Source: an uncultured Pseudomonadales bacterium
GTDB lineage: Bacteria; Patescibacteriota; Microgenomatia; UBA1400; UBA12028
Direction: 5' to 3'
Length of the DNA: 64,000 nt
Assembly (NCBI GenBank): GCA_964635905.1
Contig: CAZWPK010000001.1
Coordinates: 4,894 to 68,893 of the forward strand
Shown: piece after piece, positions 28,858 through 39,937 of the stretch
How positions within the stretch are numbered: the first letter of the stretch is position 1
Layout of the letters: each line of letters starts with the position of its first letter
The notes under the pieces: generated by a model
Databases searched by the model: none
What the model was told of the DNA's origin: nothing
Seen by the model: only the letters and a program-made list of their open reading frames with translations
Made by a program: the position numbers and the translations under genes

Positions 28858-31800
28858 ATGGCAATTCAATCGTCGGCTCCAGAAACAAGGTCTTACTTCC
28901 AGCGGCTAGAATATGATGCAAAGTTGGCAGGGTCCGTTGTAGCGAAGTATGTTTCAAACTTTAGACTAGTGTTATTGTTAATCATTTCGATCGCATTTTT
29001 AGGTTTCTTTAGTTATTTTCAGCTTCCCAAGCGTTTGAATCCCGAAGTTAAAATTCCAATCGTGACGGTCATCACTGTATTACCAGGTGCGGGTCCCTCC
29101 GATGTGGAATCTTTGGTCACTATCCCCATTGAAGATAGACTTCGAGCAGTGAAGGGGGTCGACGTCGTGAATTCATCCTCCCAGAATAGTGTCTCAGCCG
29201 TGACCATGCAGTTCTTTTCTACAATTGATCGAGAAAAAGCACGCGCTGATGTCCAATCTGCAATCGATGGAGTAACCGATCTACCGACCGATGCGCAGGA
29301 ACCCCGAGTCTCACTCCTTGATTTTGAAGATGTTCCCGTCTGGACATTTGCTGTCATTTCCGACAAGAGTTATCCAGACCTGATGAATCTTTCCAATGAG
29401 CTAACCCAAGTGATTGAAAATGTCTCACGCGTTGATCGAGTGCAAAAAACAGGCTTTGATACGCACGAAATTGTGGTCGAATTAGATCCTCAAAAAGCCG
29501 CAGAATATGGAATTAATCCCGTCGTTCTCTCTTCACTGATCAAACGGTCACGAGCCTCAATCCCCGCCGGAAATATCGAAACGAATCAACATACATTTTC
29601 GTTGACAATTGATCCTGTTGTCGAATCGATAGATGATATTCGCAACCTTTCACTCTCCGTTCAAGGAAAACCCATTCGATTGGGAGACATTGCAACCATC
29701 GCTGAACAGTCAAAGGGTAATCAGTCTCCAGCCTATGTCGCAACAAAAAACTCCCCACCGCAGCAGGGTGTTACCTTTTATGTCTATAAAACGGTGGATA
29801 GCAATATTGATGACGCCGGTGAGGAAGTACAACATGCAGTTCAAGATTTCATGAAAGCAAAAGGGGAAGGGTATTCGATCATTACCTTTTCCAATACCAG
29901 TGAAGAAATTACGGAACAATTTGATGACCTTTTAGGGGAGTTTAGAACGACTATTGTATTGGTGATGGGAGTAATCCTACTATTTTTAGGTCTACGCCAA
30001 GCGTTAATCTCATCCTTAACGGTTCCGCTAACGTTTCTGTCTGCCTTTTTGTTTATGCGGATTACGGGAATGACCATCAACTTCATTTCCATGTTCGCTT
30101 TTTTATTAGCTTTAGGATTACTTGTCGATGACACCATCGTCGTAGTGTCTGCCATGACAACGTACTTTAAGACTGGGAAATTTACACCCTTTCAAACGGG
30201 ACTTTTGGTCTGGAAAGACACGATTGTTCCCATCTGGTCTACGACCATTACGACGATCTGGTCATTTTTACCCCTCCTGATTACCTCCGGAATTATTGGA
30301 GAATTCATCAAGCCCATACCGGTGGTAGTTACGGTGACCATGCTCTCTTCTACCGCCATCGCCGTATTGATTACGTTACCCTTAATGATCGTATTGTTAC
30401 GCCCACTCTTACCCCATCGAGTGTTGCGGCTACTTCAGATCGTTGCCTTTTTAATTGCGTTAGGGGTGATCGTTGCTCTCTCGATAAAAAGCGTACTGTT
30501 TCCGGTAATCCTGATCATCTACGTTGGGTTTAGTTTTATTTTGTCACGTACGCATACCCGAGTTTTGCAGTCTGTTTCAAAGAAATGGAGAACATCAATT
30601 TTCACACGAACTCCGTGGATTTCTCGCTTATTCAATCGAGGTCTCATTGATGTAGATCCATTCGCAGATAAATACCGAAATCTCATGCGACGGATTTTGC
30701 AGAAAAAATCGAGTCGACGGAATGTCTTGATCGCCGTGGTTGGCTATGCCATTTGTAGTTTTGCTCTGCTTCCACTCGGATTTGTTAAAAATGAATTCTT
30801 TCCCAAAACCGATCAAGATACTCTCAATGTGGAACTAAAACTTCCTGCTGGAACAACCATGGAAAAAACCATGCAAGAAGGTGTTGCGGTGTTACGTCAG
30901 CTAACGGATACACCCCAACTTGAATTTGTGACTGCAGAAATTGGTCGATCAGGATCCAATGGTTTTGGAGGTTCATCGGAAGCCGGAGGAACTGTCTGGT
31001 ATTCACTTCGGCTTACGGATCATGAATTGCGATCGTTGTCATCTATTCGTATCGCTGAAGATCTCCGTACAGAATTCAAGGATTATACGAACGGGGAAAT
31101 CTCGGTAATTGAAGCATCCGGTGGTCCACCTGCAGGAGCAGATATTCAAATTCAACTTTCAGGTGACGATCTCTCCGTTCTAGAATCGCAGGCACAAACG
31201 GTAGTGTCGTATTTACAGACACAGACTGGACTCACCAATGTAAAACAATCCATCCAGTCTGGAACAAGTAAGATTGTGTTTATCCCAGACTTAACAAAAC
31301 TTTCGGATTACGGAATTTCCATCGAATCTGTTGGATTTTCTTTACGTACATTTGCCAGTGGGTTTACGTTGGATTCTGTGAATTTTGAAAAAGGGGAATC
31401 GGCGAAAAAAGACATCGTTTTCCGACTTGGAAAAGGAAATCTGGATGCGCAAGATCTTGGCCAACTTCGCATTCCCTCATCGACAGGACAACTCATCCCC
31501 TTATTGGAATTAGGACGTTTAGAGTCGCGGCCAAATCCCACTAGTATTGTTCGTGAAGACTTTAAACGGACGGTGACGATTAGCGCAGCGGTACGTCCTG
31601 GGACATCAGTAATTGAACAGAATCAGAAGTTACTTGAATTTACGAATGCGATTCAATTGCCAGCTGGGTACAGTTGGAAAACGGGAGGCGTCAACGAAGA
31701 AAATAATAAATCGATGCAATCGTTGCTTCAAGCGATGGTCATATCCGCAATCTTAATTATGATTACGATGGTGCTTCAATTTGGATCGTTTCGACAGGCA

Positions 31801-32223
31801 GCAATTGTGCTTATCGTTATTCCTCTGGCCGTTTCTTCAGTGTTTTTGGTGTTTGCCCTGACAGCGATTCCGCTAACATTTCCGGCCATGATCGGAATAC
31901 TCTCACTGTTTGGCATTGTGGTGACCAATTCCATGTTTATTGTGGACAAGATAAATCTTAATTTACGTGAACAGATGCCGTTTGAGGAAGCTATTGCGGA
32001 TGCGGGAGCTAGCCGTTTAGAACCGATCATTTTAACCAAACTTTGTACAGTCTTTGGACTACTTCCGATCACTATCGCCGATCCTTTATGGAGAGGCTTA
32101 GGGGGAGCGATTATTTCCGGATTATTAGTGGCAAGTACCATTATGCTGCTCTTTATTCCTGTGCTCTATTACTCCTGGATGAAACCAACAGAGTTAAAGC
32201 CAATCAAGCGGAAAAAGCATTAA
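28858..32223 (+). CDS. RND efflux permease (AcrB/AcrD/AcrF family)
   Basis: VESLVTIPIE, GLLVDDTIVV, FFPKTD, RLEPIILT, GGAIISGL. Confidence 0.93.
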   Translation: MAIQSSAPETRSYFQRLEYDAKLAGSVVAKYVSNFRLVLLLIISIAFLGFFSYFQLPKRLNPEVKIPIVTVITVLPGAGPSDVESLVTIPIEDRLRAVKGVDVVNSSSQNSVSAVTMQFFSTIDREKARADVQSAIDGVTDLPTDAQEPRVSLLDFEDVPVWTFAVISDKSYPDLMNLSNELTQVIENVSRVDRVQKTGFDTHEIVVELDPQKAAEYGINPVVLSSLIKRSRASIPAGNIETNQHTFSLTIDPVVESIDDIRNLSLSVQGKPIRLGDIATIAEQSKGNQSPAYVATKNSPPQQGVTFYVYKTVDSNIDDAGEEVQHAVQDFMKAKGEGYSIITFSNTSEEITEQFDDLLGEFRTTIVLVMGVILLFLGLRQALISSLTVPLTFLSAFLFMRITGMTINFISMFAFLLALGLLVDDTIVVVSAMTTYFKTGKFTPFQTGLLVWKDTIVPIWSTTITTIWSFLPLLITSGIIGEFIKPIPVVVTVTMLSSTAIAVLITLPLMIVLLRPLLPHRVLRLLQIVAFLIALGVIVALSIKSVLFPVILIIYVGFSFILSRTHTRVLQSVSKKWRTSIFTRTPWISRLFNRGLIDVDPFADKYRNLMRRILQKKSSRRNVLIAVVGYAICSFALLPLGFVKNEFFPKTDQDTLNVELKLPAGTTMEKTMQEGVAVLRQLTDTPQLEFVTAEIGRSGSNGFGGSSEAGGTVWYSLRLTDHELRSLSSIRIAEDLRTEFKDYTNGEISVIEASGGPPAGADIQIQLSGDDLSVLESQAQTVVSYLQTQTGLTNVKQSIQSGTSKIVFIPDLTKLSDYGISIESVGFSLRTFASGFTLDSVNFEKGESAKKDIVFRLGKGNLDAQDLGQLRIPSSTGQLIPLLELGRLESRPNPTSIVREDFKRTVTISAAVRPGTSVIEQNQKLLEFTNAIQLPAGYSWKTGGVNEENNKSMQSLLQAMVISAILIMITMVLQFGSFRQAAIVLIVIPLAVSSVFLVFALTAIPLTFPAMIGILSLFGIVVTNSMFIVDKINLNLREQMPFEEAIADAGASRLEPIILTKLCTVFGLLPITIADPLWRGLGGAIISGLLVASTIMLLFIPVLYYSWMKPTELKPIKRKKH

Positions 32224-32363
32224 AGCTGCCGATGATCTGCACCGCAGTCACAACAATCTACCATCTCTTGCTTTCCTAGAATTATCCTCAAGGAAGTGGT
32301 ATCCTACCCCGGTATCACTCATTGTTGGGTTCGATTACCCATTTGTACTGCAAAGGAGACTGT

Positions 32364-33608
32364 ATGCCCGCAATCCAATCACTTCATGCCCGTCAGATCC
32401 TAGATTCTCGTGGAAACCCCACCATTGAAGTTGATCTTACGCTTACCGATGGCGCGTTCGGACGTGCTGCAGTTCCCTCTGGTGCCAGCACAGGTTCTCG
32501 TGAAGTGTTAGAACTACGTGATGGGGGAACAGCTTGGCTTGGAAAAGGAGTGATGACTGCCGTGTCCAATGCAAACACGGTGTTGTTTGACGCATTAAAA
32601 GGAAAAGAGTTTACCCAAAAAGAGCTCGACGATACGATGATTGCGTTAGATGGTACGGAAACAAAGTCTAAGCTTGGAGCGAATGCAATCCTTGGAGTCT
32701 CCATGGCATTTTGTGTGGCCACCGCAGCTAGTAAGAAAGTGCCCTTATTTAAATATTTAGGAGAGCTATCGGGAAACAGAGATTTTAAACTGCCGATGCC
32801 AATCTTAAATGTGTTAAATGGTGGCGCTCATGCAAACTGGACCACAGATATTCAGGAATATATCCTCTTTCCGGTAAAAGTTGATTCATATCATGAACGA
32901 CTACGAAAATCTGCAGAAGTCTTTCATCATTTGGGAAAGTTAATTGCCAAAAAAGGTTTATCGACCAACGTAGGAAATGAAGGTGGATATGCTCCATCGT
33001 TATCTTCCAATGAAGAGGCATTTGACCTGATGCTCGAAGCAGTTGCCAGCGCGGGATATACGATGGGTACCGATGGCGATTTCATGATGGGCATTGACGG
33101 GGCGGCAACCGAATTTTATGTGAATGGAGCGTATCAGCTCAAACGCGATAGTGCAGTCAAATCCTCCGATGAGATGGTGGAATGGATGGTTTCATTGTCA
33201 AAACGCTATCCAATTTTCTCTTTGGAAGATGCGTTGGCTGAGGGAGACTGGGATGGCTGGGCGAAATTGACTGCCGCCATTGGAGACACCGTGCAAATTG
33301 TAGGAGACGATTTGACGGTTACCAATCCTAAATATGTGCAGCAGGGAAGAGACGGCAAAAATTGTAACGCTGTAATCATCAAGTTAAACCAAATTGGAAC
33401 CGTTTCTGAAACCTTGCAAGCAATGCAGATTGCACGAGAAGCTGGCTGGAAGAACATCGTGGCGCATCGTAGTGGAGAGACTGAAGATGTCTTTATTGCG
33501 CATCTTGCTGTCGGGGCAGGTGGCCAGCAAATCAAGACGGGAGCTCCGTCGCGAACGGATCGAACTTCCAAATATAACGAATTGCTACGTATTGAAGAGC
33601 AACTCTAA
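32364..33608 (+). CDS. eno: enolase
   Basis: ILDSRGNPTIE, VPSGASTG, LGANAIL, VGDDL, KLNQIG, HRSGETED. Confidence 0.96.
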   Translation: MPAIQSLHARQILDSRGNPTIEVDLTLTDGAFGRAAVPSGASTGSREVLELRDGGTAWLGKGVMTAVSNANTVLFDALKGKEFTQKELDDTMIALDGTETKSKLGANAILGVSMAFCVATAASKKVPLFKYLGELSGNRDFKLPMPILNVLNGGAHANWTTDIQEYILFPVKVDSYHERLRKSAEVFHHLGKLIAKKGLSTNVGNEGGYAPSLSSNEEAFDLMLEAVASAGYTMGTDGDFMMGIDGAATEFYVNGAYQLKRDSAVKSSDEMVEWMVSLSKRYPIFSLEDALAEGDWDGWAKLTAAIGDTVQIVGDDLTVTNPKYVQQGRDGKNCNAVIIKLNQIGTVSETLQAMQIAREAGWKNIVAHRSGETEDVFIAHLAVGAGGQQIKTGAPSRTDRTSKYNELLRIEEQL

Positions 33609-33642
33609 GCTCGTGAGGTCTTGATCTACTGGAGAAAGGTGT

Positions 33643-35181
33643 ATGAAAAAACACTCAATAAAACCTCTTGCCGTCGTTGTGCTCGATGGCTGGGGACTGG
33701 GAGAACAAGGAGAGTTTAATGGTGTAACGATGGCGGATACCCCTAACTTTGATCGGCTATCGAACGAGTATCCGTTTACACAATTAAATGCCTCTGGAGA
33801 AGCGGTTGGGTTACCCGATGGACAGATCGGGAATTCGGAAGTTGGGCATTCAACGATTGGGGCAGGATGTGTGAAGTACCAAGATTTAGTGCGCATTACG
33901 AAAGACGCTACTGAAGGAAAACTGGGTGAGAATAGTGCGCTTGCAAGTGCCTTTGACTATGTCAACACCCATCAATCCACCTTGCACATCATGGGATTGT
34001 TTTCGCCAGGTGGCGTCCATGCACATGAAGATCATTTTCTAGAAATCATCAATGCAGCTCTAAAAAAGAATGTAAAGCGAATCCTTCTGCATCCGTTTAC
34101 CGATGGACGTGACGTCTCACGCACGAGTGCAAAAAATTCCTTGGTCCGATTGGAACAGCATATCGATGGGATTGCGGAAGTACAGATTGCAACAGTCATG
34201 GGTCGCTACTATGCTATGGATCGAGACAATAATTGGGATCGCACCGACATGGCATTTCGAGCCATTTTTGATGGCAAAGCTGCGTTTGTCTATGACCATA
34301 CCCATACTCCTTCAGAGGAAATTGAGAAGTGGTACTCAAAAGAAATATTTGATGAGTTGTTGGAACCCCAGGTGTTTTTGAAACCTGATGGGACACCACA
34401 TCAAGTGTGTGATCATGATGCAATCATTTTTACCAACTTTCGCTCCGACCGTGCGAAACAGTTATCAAAAAAGATCACACAGGTTCTTAAAGAAAAGAAA
34501 TTGCAGTTGGTAACGATGACTCATTACGACGCAGAGGTAGAGTCCATTGTTGCCTATGCTCCGGAACAGGTTGAAAGTACCATCGGTGCAGTCGTATCTG
34601 CGGCAGGGAAGAAGCAAGTGCACATTGCCGAAACGGAAAAATTTCCCCATGTTACCTATTATGTGAATGGTGGCAAAACTGATCCGTATCCCGGTGAAGA
34701 GCATGTGTTAGTTCCGAGTCGAAAAGATATTAAAACACATGATCAAGCTCCGGAGATGATGGCAAAAGAAATTTGTGATGAAGCCATCAAACGGCTAGAG
34801 GCTGTAGATTTTTTGTTTATCAATTTTGCCAATCCAGACATGGTCGGCCATACTGCCATTCCCGCTGCCATTAAAATAGCCATCGAAACTGTGGACCATC
34901 AACTCGGCAGATTAACCGAGGCGATGTTAAAGCATGGCGGGGGACTCATTGTTATTGCGGATCACGGAAATGCGGAACGCATGTGGGAGCCAGCAACGCA
35001 TGAACCACATACCGCTCATACCACAAATCCAGTTCCTTGCATTCTGATCCATTCTTCCCTGAAGCCAAAGTTACGAGCCAATGGTGGGTTAAAAGACATC
35101 GCACCAACAGCATTGGAACTCATGGGACTTGAAATCCCCCCGTGTATGACAGGAGAATCATTGATTGAAAAAAACCTATGA
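33643..35181 (+). CDS. gpmI: 2,3-bisphosphoglycerate-independent phosphoglycerate mutase
   Basis: VLDGWG, GNSEVGH, DGRD, GRYYAMDRD, NFANPDMVGH, ADHGN. Confidence 0.96.
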   Translation: MKKHSIKPLAVVVLDGWGLGEQGEFNGVTMADTPNFDRLSNEYPFTQLNASGEAVGLPDGQIGNSEVGHSTIGAGCVKYQDLVRITKDATEGKLGENSALASAFDYVNTHQSTLHIMGLFSPGGVHAHEDHFLEIINAALKKNVKRILLHPFTDGRDVSRTSAKNSLVRLEQHIDGIAEVQIATVMGRYYAMDRDNNWDRTDMAFRAIFDGKAAFVYDHTHTPSEEIEKWYSKEIFDELLEPQVFLKPDGTPHQVCDHDAIIFTNFRSDRAKQLSKKITQVLKEKKLQLVTMTHYDAEVESIVAYAPEQVESTIGAVVSAAGKKQVHIAETEKFPHVTYYVNGGKTDPYPGEEHVLVPSRKDIKTHDQAPEMMAKEICDEAIKRLEAVDFLFINFANPDMVGHTAIPAAIKIAIETVDHQLGRLTEAMLKHGGGLIVIADHGNAERMWEPATHEPHTAHTTNPVPCILIHSSLKPKLRANGGLKDIAPTALELMGLEIPPCMTGESLIEKNL

Positions 35182-35657
35182 TTAAACTATTGTTATCTGA
35201 CTTTTCTCGAGTAATTTTGTTTCCTATCGATGATAATTATTCCGGAAGTCTCAATGAGCTGCATGCAAAACGTTTGTCGGATCCTGCCTATACTTTTTTT
35301 GATACTTTTTCCTTAAACACGCAGTTCCTAGATTGGATGCTTCTGACAAAACAAACCCATCACCTTTCGGTCGGAATGTTTACGAGTGAAACGATCCAAG
35401 AATATGCAGTGCTTCAACCTTTTTTGACACCTGTTTTTGATATCGTGTTTTCGGCAAAAAAATTGGGAATTTCAAAATCGGATCCGCAAGCGTATAAAGA
35501 TCTGTGCGCAGATCGAAATGTGCTTCCAAGTGAGACTGTTTATCTGGATGATGCCATTTCCAATGTGGCTGCAGCGACGGCTGCTGGGCTTCATGCCGTT
35601 CAGTTTCTCTCGACGTCACAATCCATTGCACATGTTGATGCGCTGCTTCGCATTTGA
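35178..35657 (+). CDS. HAD-superfamily hydrolase
   Basis: LLLSDFSRV, KSDPQAY, VYLDDAISNVAAA. Confidence 0.75.
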   Translation: MIKLLLSDFSRVILFPIDDNYSGSLNELHAKRLSDPAYTFFDTFSLNTQFLDWMLLTKQTHHLSVGMFTSETIQEYAVLQPFLTPVFDIVFSAKKLGISKSDPQAYKDLCADRNVLPSETVYLDDAISNVAAATAAGLHAVQFLSTSQSIAHVDALLRI

Positions 35658-35679
35658 AACCGTACGTCTGGCTGTTGTT

Positions 35680-36297
35680 ATGAATAGGACCACATATTCC
35701 ATCGTATTACGTCATTTTGAAACGGCAGATCCCATTTTGTATACAGCAGGCTCGATGATCACTCCAGTTCCCGACTTTGTTGTGAGTCCCAATTACTTTA
35801 AAGCACTGGTTGATTCCATTATTTCGCAGCAATTATCCATAAAGGTTGCGGATGTGATTTCCGATAGAGTGTATGCCTTGTTACCAATAAAAGATTTGAC
35901 TCCAGAAACCATCCTAGAGGTTGCTACAGAGGACTTGCGTGCCGCTGGTGTCTCGTATGCAAAAATTCGTTCTATCAAGGATCTGGCGGACAAGGTTTCT
36001 TCCCAGCAACTCAACCTTGATACTATCGATCAAGTAACCAATGCGGAGGTGATTGAAAAACTAACGGTCGTTAAGGGAATTGGTCCGTGGACTGCCGAAA
36101 TGTTCTTGATGTTTGCCTTGGCTCGTGATGATGTGTTTTCAGTCGGAGATTTAGGATTGCGACGCGCCATCCAAAAACTCTACAAACACGATACTCCACC
36201 CAGTAAAGAAGAGCTTCGAGCTCTTAGTGACAAGTGGGCACCGTATCGCACCTGGGCAGCCCGTATTTTGTGGCAAAGTCTTGATTTATCCACCTAG
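35680..36297 (+). CDS. alkA: DNA-3-methyladenine glycosylase II (AlkA family)
   Basis: SIISQQLS, HhH motif VKGIGPWTAEMFLMF, GDLGLR, WAPYRT. Confidence 0.88.
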   Translation: MNRTTYSIVLRHFETADPILYTAGSMITPVPDFVVSPNYFKALVDSIISQQLSIKVADVISDRVYALLPIKDLTPETILEVATEDLRAAGVSYAKIRSIKDLADKVSSQQLNLDTIDQVTNAEVIEKLTVVKGIGPWTAEMFLMFALARDDVFSVGDLGLRRAIQKLYKHDTPPSKEELRALSDKWAPYRTWAARILWQSLDLST

Positions 36298-36374
36298 GTT
36301 GTAGCAGTATTCTCCTCTACTCTAAACTGGTACTGGCATAGATGTTTTTTTTTGCTACAACTAACAGACGGATC

Positions 36375-37754
36375 ATGACACAATCTACGTTGCATGCTTT
36401 AAGTTCAGTTGATGGTCGCTATGCGAATCGACTTGTTGCGTTAGCGTCAACCTGGTCAGAATTTGCTCTCATGAAGCATCGATTGCGCGTAGAAGTAGCG
36501 TATCTTCTCTTCTTATCCTCAAACCATTGGATTCCTCACTACTCCAAAAAACATCAACAACATCTAGAATCTCTGGTGGACAATTTTGACGATGACGCCG
36601 CTGCTCAGATAAAAAAGATTGAGTCCACCATTCACCATGATGTCAAAGCAGTAGAGTATTACCTTCGCGCCACAATGGCTAAACTCTCGATTCCTGGATC
36701 AGAATGGCTTCATATCGGGCTTACGAGTGAAGACACGAACTCGATCGCATACGGAATCGCGTTTTCTCACACCGTAAGGAATCATTTGCTTCCGGCAATT
36801 AATGGCTTGATCACTCGAATCTGTGATTTTTCGTTACAAACAAAAGACACGCTAATGTTGGCACGTACGCATGGTCAACCGGCCGTGCCCACGACCGTTG
36901 GCAAAGAGATGGTCGTGTTTGCTAAAAGATTGGCAGACGAGAGGGATAGATTGCTACAGCTTTCCATTGATGCCAAGTGTTCTGGGGCGGTTGGAACATA
37001 TGCTGCCCAGCATGCCGCATTTCCTACGATGGATCTGTTGAAATCAGCACAAGAATTTATTGAAAGTTTTGGACTGCATCCCGTTTTCGTGACCACTCAA
37101 ATTGTGCCTGCTGATTCGTATGTATTACTCTTTGACTCTGTGCGTCGTATAAATACCATTCTTTTATCATTGGATCAGGATTGCTGGCGATATTGTAGTG
37201 ATGGATATTTCATCCTTCATTCCAACGCACAAGAGGTGGGATCGTCCACGATGCCGCAGAAAGTGAATCCCATTGATTTTGAACAAAGTGAAGGAAATTT
37301 AGGTTTAGCCAATGCATTGTTAAGCCATTTTTGCCAAAAACTTCCCGTGTCCCGGTTACAACGCGATCTCTCTGATAGTGTGGTGAAGCGCCAGATCGGA
37401 ATGACATTTGGATTGTGTTTGTTAGGGTATGAATCCTCCCTGAAGGGACTGAACTTAATTTCTCCCAATACCTCTTTGTTACAGACTGAGCTTGAAGCCC
37501 ACTGGGAAATTATCACTGAAGGGCTTCAGACACTGCTGCGAACCAGTGGTGATGAGAGTGCCTATGAAAAGTTGAAGAAACTTTCACGTGGTAAACAGCT
37601 CTCTAAAGAATCCATTACGCAATTTATTGATGCACTGTCTGTTTCAACGGATTTAAGGAACCGACTTAGTGCATTGCATCCGTTAACCTACACGGGTATT
37701 TCCAGTGAATTAGTTATCCAAACGGTAACCGCTATTTCATCAACCAAACGGTAA
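36375..37754 (+). CDS. purB: adenylosuccinate lyase
   Basis: DGRY, HDVKAVEY, TSEDTN, ARTHGQPA, GSSTMPQKVNPIDFE. Confidence 0.94.
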   Translation: MTQSTLHALSSVDGRYANRLVALASTWSEFALMKHRLRVEVAYLLFLSSNHWIPHYSKKHQQHLESLVDNFDDDAAAQIKKIESTIHHDVKAVEYYLRATMAKLSIPGSEWLHIGLTSEDTNSIAYGIAFSHTVRNHLLPAINGLITRICDFSLQTKDTLMLARTHGQPAVPTTVGKEMVVFAKRLADERDRLLQLSIDAKCSGAVGTYAAQHAAFPTMDLLKSAQEFIESFGLHPVFVTTQIVPADSYVLLFDSVRRINTILLSLDQDCWRYCSDGYFILHSNAQEVGSSTMPQKVNPIDFEQSEGNLGLANALLSHFCQKLPVSRLQRDLSDSVVKRQIGMTFGLCLLGYESSLKGLNLISPNTSLLQTELEAHWEIITEGLQTLLRTSGDESAYEKLKKLSRGKQLSKESITQFIDALSVSTDLRNRLSALHPLTYTGISSELVIQTVTAISSTKR

Positions 37755-37765
37755 AGGAGAACTCT

Positions 37766-39145
37766 ATGGCTACTATTCGTCCGCATGCAGTGGCGTATTG
37801 TGGAGGAGCGTATGGAGATGAAGGGAAGGGCAGAATTGTCGATGAGGTTGTCGCCTCGTTTGTTCGTACGCATCAAGTTATCGTCTATCGCGATAATGGT
37901 GGAGCGAATGCCGGTCATACGGTCGAATTTAAAAATGGGGAACGGATTGCCTTGCACCAATTGCCATCGGGTGTATTCCATGAGGATGTTCACGTCGTTT
38001 TAGGCAAGGGAATGGTCATTCATCCACAAGATCTAATTTCAGAAATTAGCCAGATAATGAAGGCTTGCGGAGGTGTCATTCCGGCAACGATTTTAATCGA
38101 TGAACAAGCAGTCTTGTCCCTTGATACGCATCGAGCCATGGAAGGAGTATTAAAAAACTGGGAAGAAGGAGGGAAAGGTTCAACCGGAAGAGGTATCGCA
38201 CCAGCCTATGTCGATGTGCTCTATCGCCATCCAGTACGAGTTCGCGATTTAGTTCCGTTTAATCGGGAAAAAATAGAAAAACACTATCGTCTCTACGAAG
38301 CATTTGTGCAAGGGTTGGGAGGAGACTTGGCGACTACTCAAGTCCCCCAGCTTACGACGATGACGCCGCAGACCGTAGGCACTCTTTCAACGTTTGTATC
38401 GCGTTTAGAAGAACAGTCACAGCAATTAATTCCGTATGTAAAAGGGCTTAACGAGTTTCTAACAACACAGTGGAACGACCGTAAAACTGCTTGGGTTTTT
38501 GAAAAAGCCCAAGCAATCGGACTAGACATGCGATGGGGAGTATATCCCGATGTCACAGCCTCTGACTGTACGTTTGATGGAATCTATTCGGCCACCGAAG
38601 GGATCATTGATCCCCTAGAAATCGGAGTAAGAGCAGCGGTATTGAAAGGAACCTATATGTCCAGTGTAGGTACCCGCAAGCTTCCCACGGTCATGGAGGA
38701 GGCTCTCGCTAATCGAATTAGAGAAGACGCACATGAATACGGGGCCACTACAAAACGTCCCCGAGGAATAGCCCATTTAGATATTCCTGCGTTGCGATTC
38801 TTTTCTCAAGTTGGTCGCTGTACACATCTGGTTTTAACGCATATGGATATCGTGTATCCCGATACGCCAATCTCAGTCTGTGTACGTTACACCCTGAATG
38901 GAAAAACAGTGCCATATCGACCCGATCAACTTTACTTAAGCTCAATTCAGCCAGAGTATGTTAAGATGGAGACCTGGGATAGTAAAGAAATCGCTTCTGT
39001 AACTAACGCAGAGAAACTGCCAAAAACCGCAAAAGCTTTTATTACCTTTTTAGAAACCCAAGTTGGATTACCAGTAAACCTCATTACGACTGGACCTCGA
39101 AGAGATCAGAGTTTGTCACTACAAAGAGGCAACGCTAGGAGGTAA
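37766..39145 (+). CDS. purA: adenylosuccinate synthetase
   Basis: GDEGKGR, GGANAGHT, GSTGRGIAPAY, EYGATTKRPR. Confidence 0.93.
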   Translation: MATIRPHAVAYCGGAYGDEGKGRIVDEVVASFVRTHQVIVYRDNGGANAGHTVEFKNGERIALHQLPSGVFHEDVHVVLGKGMVIHPQDLISEISQIMKACGGVIPATILIDEQAVLSLDTHRAMEGVLKNWEEGGKGSTGRGIAPAYVDVLYRHPVRVRDLVPFNREKIEKHYRLYEAFVQGLGGDLATTQVPQLTTMTPQTVGTLSTFVSRLEEQSQQLIPYVKGLNEFLTTQWNDRKTAWVFEKAQAIGLDMRWGVYPDVTASDCTFDGIYSATEGIIDPLEIGVRAAVLKGTYMSSVGTRKLPTVMEEALANRIREDAHEYGATTKRPRGIAHLDIPALRFFSQVGRCTHLVLTHMDIVYPDTPISVCVRYTLNGKTVPYRPDQLYLSSIQPEYVKMETWDSKEIASVTNAEKLPKTAKAFITFLETQVGLPVNLITTGPRRDQSLSLQRGNARR

Positions 39146-39803
39146 GCTTTGTTGGTTTTTTTGAAGCAGATGGTCTTTTTAGGAATAACCCTAACCCCAC
39201 AAGGAGTGCTGGACCAGAGAGTAAGAAAAAGAGTTGAATGGGCAAATGTAGGACTCCATCGGCGAGCAGTGATTTTACAAACTCAAAACCAACGTAGGCC
39301 AGATAGAGCTGGATACAGTTACGCACGGTATAACCTAGCCAGGTCACGATCACAAACGAACGGAAGGGTATTTTTAATACTCCACAAGCTAGAGAGACCA
39401 CTCCGGTTGGAGCGAGGGGAAAAGCACGAAGTCCAAAGATGAGAAGCTCATCTTGAATATGCTCTGAAAATTGGTTCCCAAGGCGTTCTAACTCTCCAGG
39501 CTGAATACCGATGAGGCGACCCCATCTGGTGATGACGAGATCTTCAACCTTGTCAGCGAATACGTAATAGATGACAGCTGCAAGAGTTTTCGCTCCACCA
39601 GCGATCGTTGCCAACACGATTAAATAAAGGATTGGGAAGGGACTGACTGAAAGTTGTGATCCCACAACGGTGGTGACAACCGCAGAAGGAAGTGGTGCGA
39701 TTATTTCCTCAAGGAATGATCCAAGGAAGATAAAGATTGGCAAGGGAACGAATGAGGAAAGTTGAGAAAAGAGATCAAAGACAGTAGTGAGTAGATCTTG
39801 CAT
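39135..39803 (-). CDS. DedA/VTT family membrane protein
   Basis: EEIIAPLPS, FGLRAFPLAP, LACGVLKIPFRSF. Confidence 0.8.
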   Translation of the reverse strand: MQDLLTTVFDLFSQLSSFVPLPIFIFLGSFLEEIIAPLPSAVVTTVVGSQLSVSPFPILYLIVLATIAGGAKTLAAVIYYVFADKVEDLVITRWGRLIGIQPGELERLGNQFSEHIQDELLIFGLRAFPLAPTGVVSLACGVLKIPFRSFVIVTWLGYTVRNCIQLYLAYVGFEFVKSLLADGVLHLPIQLFFLLSGPALLVGLGLFLKRPSASKKPTKLTS

Positions 39804-39937
39804 GGTAGTGATTTAGTATACCAGAGAAGAGAAATGCCAGTACCAATCTTTTTAATTATCGGATACCCGTAATCTTGCCACTTTCTTACACGGGTGTCAC
39901 GTCGATTAGAAGGTAGCCAAGCTACGATGTCTATACT

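Noticed and set aside
35437-35679. N-terminal extension of alkA in the ORF track
   Set aside because: It overlaps the HAD gene; the family-like sequence starts at ATG 35680
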